Source: Paraspadella gotoi
Taxonomy: Eukaryota; Animalia; Chaetognatha
Assembly (NCBI GenBank): GCA_051294375.1
Contig: CM119269.1
Location: 3,522,690 to 3,586,689, forward strand
DNA length: 64,000 bases
Direction of reading: 5' to 3'
In this document: one piece after another, positions 54,069 through 64,000 of the stretch
Numbering within the stretch: the first letter of the stretch is position 1
How the letters are laid out: each line of letters begins with the position of its first letter
Program-made: the position numbers and the translations under genes
Notes under the pieces: model-generated
What the model was told of the DNA's origin: nothing
The model's database searches: none
The model's input: only the letters and a program-made list of their open reading frames with translations

Positions 54069-55007
54069 AGAGAGAAGAGAAGAGAAGAGAAGAGACACAA
54101 AGAGACAGACATTTTGTATTAAGTGGCAAGAAATTTTTCGACCATGCCTATTTTAGTCATGACGGCTAGTCTAAAAAAAAAAGGTTTACAAAAAAGGATT
54201 GAAAGTTAAAATAAGTTGGAAGGAAAAAGCAGTTTTCTTTGCTTCCAGACTCGACTTTTGGGATCGACGAAGAAATTAAAAGAAACAATAAAACCAAATA
54301 AATTCACGAGATTGAAAATCGGAGATACAAAAAAATAGGAGACAAAAGACTTAAAAAAAAAACCGGTTATGAAGTTTATTATGACGAAACAAATGACGCG
54401 GGAAGGAAAAAGAAATAGTGTATAGAAAAATCCAGACAAAAGGAATGAGACATCATAGAAATTAAAAAAAGGACAATAGTAAGTACATCGCTATTTATTC
54501 CTTTTTTACTGAAGCCTCAGTGAAGTCAGATTATAAATTCCGATCTAATCTAAAAACGTTTCCTCTTTTAAGTTTTTTCGGTTCATTTTTATATAATTAA
54601 ATTTAAGGTTAAATGTTAGTAGTTAACCGTAACCCAATAACTCAGACCTTAGACAAAAAAACGTCTTTCCCATTAATCATGAAAAAAAAAGTAACTCTTT
54701 TTCTCCATTTTTCTTTTATTCTTAAATGACAATATTTATAGAATTGTCGCCATGTTTTTTAATTTTTTTCGAACCGAAAATTGAAGACTCGGCGCCGAAA
54801 TCTCCGCTTTCTTTATTTCGATACAACGGCAGTCACGCGTGATGAGAAACGATAAAACGACACCCGTCGAGGGTGGGAGAGAACGACGACGACCGACAAC
54901 AATTACGACGACGAAATGAGACCGAATACCATATCGAACCTGAAAGGATGACGACGGCGATGGCGGATGACGGAGAGGAGAGAGAGATGAGAGAGAGAAG
55001 AGAGAAG

Positions 55008-55038
<31 letters not shown>

Positions 55039-55049
55039 GAGAGAGAGAG

Positions 55050-55080
<31 letters not shown>

Positions 55081-55346
55081 ACGTAATTCAATCTGACGCA
55101 GAACGATAAGCAGCTGGCGACGACCAAACCAGAGGCTACTTACAAACTTTAAAAACCTTTTTCCCGCTTGTCAATTACATTTTTTTCCTCCTAATTTCTT
55201 TTCCCTAATCCCGATATCAAAACTTGCTTAAGAGGGATTGGGCAACTCACTAACAACGACGGGGATGAACGACGACGATCAACGACGAACGTCGTGCCAC
55301 GACAAGGAAAGATAGGAATCGCGGAAAGTGACATGAGGACCACCAA
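53560..55346 (-). repeat. Inverted copy of about 59288-61680
   Basis: 55321 gcggaaagtgacatgaggac is the reverse complement of 59295 tcctcatgtcactttccgc. 54873-54960 mirrors 59640-59745 and 53690-53900 mirrors 61330-61530. Confidence 0.9.
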
Positions 55347-55480
55347 TCGATTCCTATCTTCCTTCGTCGTGGCACGACGTCGTCGTTGTCGTCGTCGTCA
55401 TCCCCGTCGTTGTTGTGAGTTGCAATCCCCTCTTAAGCAAGTTTGATAATCGGGAGGATTAGGAGGAAAAATGTAAATTA
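55170..55480. repeat. Local fold-back inverted repeat
   Basis: About 55170-55322 is the reverse complement of about 55348-55480 (acgacggggatga / tcatccccgtcgt). Confidence 0.85.
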
Positions 55481-57513
55481 NNNNNNNNNNATTTCGGTCA
55501 ATAACTGGATTCGACGACGCTGCCGCTGCTGCTGCCTCAGTCGCTGCGGCCGAATTGCTGCTTCCTGCNNNNNNNNNNNNNNNNNNNNNNNNNCGGAAAG
55601 TGACAGAGGACCACCAATGATTGCAGGAAGCAGCAATTCGGCCGCAGCGACAGAAGCAAGCAGCTCGGCAGCGTCGTCGAATCCAGTTATTGACCGAAAT
55701 ATGTGTCTAAACGATGATTGATAAGATTAGCCGTTAAATTTCCACAACAAATCATTTATAGGTTAAATTATTGTCAAAACAAATAACTAGGTGGGAAAAT
55801 TTGGATCGAAAATGGGTAGATAATTCGCCAAAGTTACAACTTGTCGAAAAAAATGCTGCCGCTCGCAATCATGCCATGTTTTCTTTTTTCAGCCACCCAG
55901 TTCTTCTTATTCAAAACCTTGATTTTTTTATATTAAATTTCCGAATGACGCCCAAATGTTTTCTGCATAAGTAATTGCGTTGAGGCACGAGACGAGGCAG
56001 GGAAAAGTAAGTTTCGTGACAAAAGCGACGAATGGCCAAATAATTGAGGCAAGGAAAGGATAAGTTGCATGAGTACGATCAGACGCACTCTCACGACACA
56101 CACTTAGAGTCCATTCTTACATCACTAATTTAGGTCGATGATTGGCAATCCAAAGGCTGCCTTGACGGAACCGGCCGGCATTGGTGAAGTTCATCGCTGA
56201 CAGGAGAATTTCGAAAACAGAAAAAACAAAAACGGAGTCAATACAAGAGATCACGTACGACCTCAAAATAATTAATAGCTTAACAATTGAGTACAATTTT
56301 CATTAATACTGCAAGCAATCACGTCTTGAAATTTTTTTTAATCCCTGTCTTGTATTCAATAGAGCGATTAAGTTTGAAACAAATTAGCAGTATCTTGAAC
56401 CTCATAAGTAAACTACTATAGGGTACCGCTCAAATGGTGAGTCAAAATTTAGTAGTAATTTCAAACGAATTTTAGATATTTTAGAATACTTCATGACAAA
56501 AAAATTGAATATTCTACCTATTATTATTTTTTAATATTTATTTATAATAAAGCCAATTTTTTTAAAGAATTTAATTTTAAACCAGATTCAGATACAGTAG
56601 CATCCGTCTATAATTTTAACGCAAGCTTGTAACTCGAGTACAATATATTTTAAAAAGCTTTTGTCTTGAATATCGATAACATTTGCTACTCCCTTTGGCA
56701 AGCCTGGCTCTAAACCATTTTGCAATCAGAACTTATGTAAAAGTAGCTTTCGCGCCAGATTGAACCTGAAACTTTCAGAATGGTTGAAATCCGCGCGCTA
56801 AGCACTCGCAAATGATTAAAAATTTTTACAAAATACATTATAAACGTGTAGCTTTATTTTGGGAAACAAAAAATTCAACGTTCAGGCAGAGATTTCGACA
56901 TCCGAGTCCAAGTTTCTCGCAAAAGACGATACGAAGAAGAAGCGAATATTGCTTTTTTTAATGTTGAAATTAGGAAGTCAAGCGGAAGTCGAACATCGAG
57001 TTGTTCAAGGTTTAATAAGTGTTTTAACATTGTTATGGATAATCTCCTACATAATTAAGCGGTAAAAAGCTAACATTGATATTTTGTATGTTTTTGACTC
57101 AATTGTACTTACAGATCATAACATAAACAGATCTAAAAACAATTTAAGCAAAAATGTGGATTGCCCATTACGTAATTAATAATAATTAATTTAATAATTC
57201 AATTAATAATAATTGGAAATTAATTATTTTTATCCAAGGTTTGTTTATAATTAATTGACTTTATTGATTAATAACTATATTATTTATTATAAATATCTAC
57301 ATTTAATTTATTAAAGAAAAAAAAAGCATTATAAATAAGTGAAACAGTTTGTTTTTTCCCATTAAAGATTTCCTCAACGATTCCAAGAAACTCATATTCC
57401 TCAATACACATTTCCTCCCACACACAAATTTATTCCAACCCCATTCAATATAATAGTGTTTTTGCTAGGGATGCTGATGGAGAGACGGATTTTATTGCAT
57501 ATTTTTTTAATTC

Positions 57514-57736
57514 GCGATTCCTATCTTCCTTCGTCGTGGCACGACGTCGTCGTTATCGTCGTCGTCATCCCCGTCGTTGTAGTGAGTTGCAATCCTCTCT
57601 TAAGCAAGTTTGATAATCGGGGGGATTAGGAGGAAAAATGTAAATTACAAGCGGGAAAAAGGTTATTGTAAAAAGGTTATTGTAAGAGCCTCTGGTTTGT
57701 CGTCGCCACTGCTATCGTTCTGCGTCAATTGATTAC

Positions 57737-57772
<36 letters not shown>

Positions 57773-58380
57773 ATCGCCATCGCCGTCGTCATCCTTTCCA
57801 AGGTTCGAATGGTATTCGTCTCATTCGTCGTCGTAATTGTTGTCGTCGTCGTCGTCGTCGTCGTTCTTCCCACCCTCGACGTCGTTTTTATCGTTTCTCA
57901 TCACGTGACCCGTTGTATCGAAATAAAGAAGCGGAGATTTCGGCGCCGAGTCTTCATTTTCGGTCGAAAAAATTAAAAAACATGGCGACACATTCTATAA
58001 ATATTTATTTAAAGAATAAAAGAAAAATGGAGAAAAAGAGTTACTTTTTTTTCAGATTAATGGGAAAGACGTTTTTGTTAAGTCTGAGTTATTGGGTTAC
58101 GGTTAACTACTAACATTTACCTTAAATTTATTATATAAAAATGAACCGAAAAAACTTAAAAGAGGAAACGTTTTTAAGATTAAGATCGAATTTATAATCT
58201 GACTCACTGAGGCTTCAGTAAAAAAGAAAATACGATGTACTTACTATTGTCCTTTTTTAATTTTTCTCTATGATCTCATCCTTTTGTCTGATTTTTTATG
58301 ACACTATTTCTTTTTCCTTCCCGCGTCATTTGTTTCGTCATAATAACTTCATAACCGGTTTTTTTTTTAAGTCTTTGTCT
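57514..58380 (+). repeat. Direct duplicate of about 59311-60248
   Basis: Near-identical text from cgcgattcctatcttcc to ttttaagtctttgtct in both places. Confidence 0.92.
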
Positions 58381-58629
58381 CATCTCACGTTCTCATCTTT
58401 CTTTAGTCGTCTTTTCGACTCGTCGTAATCATCGTCGTCCTTCGTTGTTCGTCTCTTGTTGTCGCTCGTCGTCGTGACACTCATTGTTATCGTCCTTCAA
58501 TATCTCGCGAGCGACGGCCCCGTCGTGTTCTCTTCTTCCTTCGGGCCTCTCCCCTCGGACGATCATCGGTCGTCATTATATCCGAATTCCAGAACTCCGA
58601 ACTCCATTAAATATTCCCTCTCTCTCTCT

Positions 58630-58680
<51 letters not shown>

Positions 58681-59531
58681 TCTCCTCTCTCTCTTCTCTC
58701 TCTCTCTGACCCGTAAAAGGGGAACGATGATGATTGTTTCATGATTTTTTTCCTGAAAAAAATCATCAATCAAACTGACTTATTTGATTTTGGCACCTTG
58801 CTCGCTGTTTTTTTTCCGACGAGTTGTGTACTTACCCATCCTTCCTTGCCTCAATTATTTGGCCACCTTCGTCGCTTTTGTCAACGAAACTTACTTTTCC
58901 CTGCCTCGTCTCGTCGCCTCCAACGCAATTACTTATCCAGAAAACATTTGGGCGTCATTCGGAAATTTATATAAAAAAAATCAAGGTTTTGAATCAAAAC
59001 GAACTGGGTGGCTGAAAAAGAAAACATGGCATGATTGCGACGGCAGGCCATTTTTTTTCGACAAGGTGTAACTTGGCGAATTTTCTACCCATTTCCGATC
59101 CAAATTTTCCCAACTAGTTATTTGTTTTGACATAATTTAACCATAAAAAGATTGTTTGTTGTCTGTTAACTGTAAATTTAACTAAACCTACATCACGTTT
59201 AGACTAATTTCGGTCAATAACTGGATTCGACGACGCTGCCGCGCTGCTGCCTCTAGTCGCTGCGCCGAATTGCTGCTTCCTGCAATCATTGGTGTCCTCA
59301 TGTCACTTTCCGCGATTCCTATCTTCCTGTCGTGGCACGACGTCGTCGTTTCGTCGTCGTCATCCCCGTCGTTGTTAGTGAGTTGCAATCCCCTCTTAAG
59401 CAAGTTGATAATCGGGGGATTAGGAGATGTAAATTAGAGGAAAATGTAAATTTACAGCGGGAAAAGGTTGTAAAATTGTAAGAGCCTCTGGTTTGTCGTC
59501 GCCACTGCTATCGTTCTGCGTCAATTGATTA

Positions 59532-59645
<114 letters not shown>

Positions 59646-60522
59646 ATCCCCATCGCCCGTCGTCATCCTTTCAAGGTTCGAATGGTATTCGTCTCATTCG
59701 TCGTCGTAATTGTTGTCGTCGTCGTCGTTTCTTCCCACCCTCGACGTCGTTTTTATCGTTTCTCATCACGTGACCCGTTGTATCGAAATAAAAGAAGCGG
59801 AGATTTCGGCGCCGAGTCTTCATTTTCGGTTCGAAAAAATTAAAAAACATGGCGACAATTCTATAAATATTTATTTAAAGAATAAAAGAAAAATGGAGAA
59901 AAAGAGTTACTTTTTTTTCAGATTAATGGGAAAGACGTTTTTTTGTTAAGTCTGAGTTATTGGGTTACGGTTAACTACTAACATTTACCTTAAATTTATT
60001 ATATAAAAATGAACCGAAAAAACTTAAAAGAGGAAACGTTTTTAGATTAAGATCGAATTTATAATCTGACTCACTGAGGCTTCAGTATAAAAAGAAATAC
60101 GAATGTACTTACTATTGTCCTTTTTTTAATTTCTCTTATGATATCTCATCCTTTGTGTCTGATTTTTTATACACTATTTCTTTTTCTTCCGCGTCATTTG
60201 TTTCGTCATAATAACTTCATAACCGGTTTTTTTTTTAAGTCTTTGTCTCCTATTTTTTTTGTATCTCCGATTTTCAAATCTCGTGAATTTATTTTGGTTT
60301 TTATTGTTTCTTTATTTCTTCGCGATCCCAAAAGTCGAGTCTGGAACAAAGAAAACTCTTTTTCCTTCAACTTATTTTAACTTTCAATCTTTTTGTAAAC
60401 CTTTTTTTTTTCGACTGCCGTCATGGACTAAATAGGCATGTCGAATAAATTTCTCACTTAAATACAAAAATGTCTGTCTCTTTGTGTCTCTCTCTCTCTT
60501 TTCTTCCTCTCTCTCGTCTCGT

Positions 60523-60586
<64 letters not shown>

Positions 60587-60901
60587 CTCTTCTCTCTTCT
60601 ATCTCGTCTTTCTCTTCTTGTGTCCTCTTTCTCTCACTTTACCCCCCTTTTTCTGTCATTTTAATTATGTTATTCATAATTATGTTTCGCTCCATTCTCA
60701 AATATTGCCATCGCAACATTATAATTCTCTTGACTTTTCGTATTCTATCGCCGTTTTGCTCTCTCTATCATCTTGTGACTGAACATCGGCCTTTCGCTCG
60801 CAGCGGCGTTAACCACTACGGCCTACGTATATTCAAACAAAATCTTCATAGAGAAAAAAACATTGAAATATTTAAANNNNNNNNNNNNNNNNNNNNNNNN
60901 N

Positions 60902-61201
60902 TATTTTTTTGTATCTCCGATTTTCAAATCTCGTGAATTTATTTTGTTTTTATTGTTTCTTTATTTCTTCGCGATCCCAAAAGTCGAGGTCTGGAACAAA
61001 GAAAACTCTTTTTCCTTCAACTTATTTTAAACTTTCAATCCTTTTTGTAACCTTTTTTTTTTCGACTGCCGTCATGGACTAAAATAGGCATGTCGAATAA
61101 AAATTTTCGCCACTTAAATACAAAATGTCTGTCTCTTTGTGTCCTTTCTCTGTCTCTCGCTCTTTCTCTCTCTTCTTCTCTCTCTTTTCCCTCTTTCTCT
61201 C

Positions 61202-61246
<45 letters not shown>

Positions 61247-61516
61247 AATTCTCTCTTTCTCTTCTTGTGTCCTCTTTCTCTCACTTTACCCCCCTTTTTC
61301 TGTCATTTTAATTGATTTTATTCATATTTATGTTTCGCTCCATTCTCAAATATTGCCATCGCAACTTATATAATTCTCTTGACTTTTCGTATTCTATCGC
61401 GTTTTGCCTCTCTATCATCTTGTGACTGAACATCGGTTTCGCTCCAGCGCGTCACCACTACGCCTACGTATATTCAAACAAAATTCAATAGAGAAAAAAC
61501 ATTGAAATATTTAAAC
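60902..61516 (+). repeat. Direct duplicate of about 60251-60876 across a 25-N gap
   Basis: Both copies begin tattttttt(t)gtatctccgattttcaaatc and end at cattgaaatatttaaa. Confidence 0.92.
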
Positions 61517-64000
61517 CACAGTGGCATATTAATCGTCAAAAAACTTGTAAACAAATAAAAACTAAAAAAAAAATGTTTGTATACAATTCAAGAAACTATA
61601 TCCCTCAACCTGTCCGCCAACTCTGATCACTTACGCCAATCGCTACTCCGCCACTCTGATCATGACGCATTTCGCAACTCACGGGGACCACAGGTAACAG
61701 AGCCCAAACGGACTATTTTATTTCGGGAGAGCTCGGAGCGCCGGCGGCGAACTTCCATCCGCAGATAGGATACCACAGTTTACGGGGGAAGTTGAAGATA
61801 AGGAGAGCTCACGCGGGAAAGCTGAACGGCAGCGGGCGGAAGGAAAGCAAAGGGAGCAACTAGTTGAAGATCTTAAGACACTATACACTTTTTGGTGCAA
61901 GCTGCTATTTACGTACTTTGATCTTTGCTTAATTAAATTTATTGCTATAACTAAACGACCATCACGCAGTCATCTCACGATGCTATCCAAAAAAAAAATC
62001 AAATGTACTGTGCTACAGTGTCCCAGAACCATCCTGTCTCGACGTTTCGGCGTGGACCGACCGTCGAATTCTGTGCAGGACTCTAGCGAAATACCGTCTT
62101 CGAACACGACTCAGCAGTGGATCTTCGGTCTTCATGCAGATAGACGTAGATATCCCTCGTTCTGACTAAGCAGAGATTCGAACGGCGTCGGAAGTTTCGC
62201 TAAGAGATATAGAGACGACTCCGTCGTACGGCTTCAAGACATCGATACTTTGAGGCGAGCGACAGCTGCAAACCGCCGCATCAGCAGCAGCAGCGTTGCA
62301 GCACTACAGTTGCCGACAGACGATTGCATGACGAAGTTGGAAGTTCTGGAGTGATAGGGAGACAGAGATGGCGGCTAGGTTTATCTATTGGAATAAATGC
62401 AGGGATTTCTGATATTGTAAACGTTGTGCGTCATGAAGAGAAGATGTCTGAAGACTTAAGTCCTGAATGTTTATCGCGATTTGAGAAAGTTTTGAATTAA
62501 TATCTTTAAAACAAGCGAGGGGAAATGTACTTTCCTTCATTTTTCAGAGAATTTTCAAACATCCTCATGTTTACTATAAATTGGCAAAAAGGGAAAGTTT
62601 ACTAAACCGTTAAAATTGCAGGGTAGTGGATTGCTATATGTTTCTTCCGGTTACACTCGTATGCCATCTATTCAGAGATTTCGGCGAATTCTGAAATCTC
62701 TTGTTGATCTGAAGACTTCTGTCCCTATGCTATGACAAATGCGACCGGGGTTGGAACAAGACACCAGGGGCTACAGAGAAGCGGGTCTCAAAGTTTGAAC
62801 AGGTAGGAACCTTAAGAATATGTTATTAATTTATGCATGTTATATATCGATGTTTGAACATGTGGCAGATACTTGGGATTTTAAGCTCGCGTGGGAGTGG
62901 AAGGGGATCCGCGGGTCGGTTTAGGGAACGCAGTAGCACCAATGCCTTGAGGTTCGGTTGCTTCTTATTTCAGAATGATTACGATGGACAGAGCCGACGT
63001 CGACGTAATGAGCGGATTAAGTCGAAGAAAGAAGACTAAGTTTCCAAGCTAATTGGGCGGGCGGCGTCAAAGAGAGAGCGAGGAGATGGCGTTAGGACAA
63101 GTTTCTTGAGAGTAACAACCAAGAGCAGAAGAATTTTATTTTAGTCGGAATCTGCTTATTCCAGGGGTAGATATTTCCCGACTTAATAATCACTTTTTTA
63201 TTATAATAATAAATAACTCAACTATTTTTCGGTCCGGATCGGTCCGCCGGCCTCAAATAATTGTCGGCAACGCACTATATCATGTCAGAACACGAATTAG
63301 ATAAATTATGCAAAAAATAAAAATGATGTCCGTCCGTCCGTCGTCATGTCCGGCCGCTTGTCCGTTTTGTAATAATCCGTCCGGTGTCGAAAGGGAAGAA
63401 TTAAGGCCGGGACTGCTTTTTGCGGTGAGTAGAGGCTTCGCGTGAAGTTGATTGTGGCTTACCGTCCGAACTTAGGATGAGGGCGGTTCTCGTATCGTAG
63501 AAAAAAGGGAGTTATGGTATTAAAAAGCGCGTCGTATTAATAATAGTTTATGAAGAGAGGAACCGACAAGGACTCCAAAATCCGGACTTTGGGGTAGAAA
63601 GTTGAGTGGAGTTGGGGACTTGCGGATGGCTTCAAGGTGATAAGGGGAGAATTGGATGAGCCATTTGTTAGCATTTAAAAGAATGGAATCTACATTTTGT
63701 GTGTGGGGTGAAACCATGTATAACAGGGACTTATTTAGGTCAACCAACATAATACGCAGTGTTGGGAGTTTGGACCGAGCTATATCGAGGTGACAAATTT
63801 TAAAAAGGCTCCATGATTTTAACTTTAAGCTAATATATATTCAAAACTGAAATATTTATCTGCAGATAAGTTATTTCTACGATAGTATTTCTTCGGCTTT
63901 TTCTTTGATAAGTGGACCCACCGTGGAGCTGCGGTTAGTGGGGCATGGTGCGGGGGGCAGGTTATGTAAAACCGTCCGGGTTTCAGAGCCTAGTCGCATC

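Noticed and set aside
63520-63750. Possible transposase fragment (QFSPYH...PQSPDF)
   Set aside because: Only a vague resemblance to the mariner YSPDL motif; no DDE/D context.

Overview
Animal (metazoan) draft-genome scaffold: spliceosomal GT-AG introns, dense (CT/GA)n and (GAC/CAC/CAT)n microsatellites, 15 N-gaps and several indel-rich stretches that look like unpolished long reads. The only gene I recognise is a neuron navigator / unc-53 / sickie (NAV) homologue. Twelve clean exons lie on + at 20705-25025 (DDSSSISSGISDTIAEISTDD ... GSALSLASNASSSYLS|REEKQQYEIVKLRRELDSAQEKVLTLTSQLSTN). The next exons (AHVVAAFEQSL..., DSEL..., KKGWLRSSFTKAF..., SDVE) lie on the opposite strand at 48749-51906 in error-rich sequence. 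Junction overlaps show that flipping 48749-55346 restores a collinear + strand gene, so a local assembly inversion is the simplest explanation. The long NAV intron holds a 1.4-kb Ser/Pro-rich open exon (32219-33643) and a second candidate exon (53070-53490); both may be alternative first exons of short NAV isoforms. A ~10.5-kb imperfect palindrome (8418-18900) and 2-4 copy direct/inverted duplications (47760-62400) abut 25-N gaps and look like fold-back or gap-filling artefacts. I found no convincing novel biological system. The best biological leads are the candidate alternative NAV first exons, a GC-donor candidate and a microexon. Almost all ORF-track entries are microsatellite translations.
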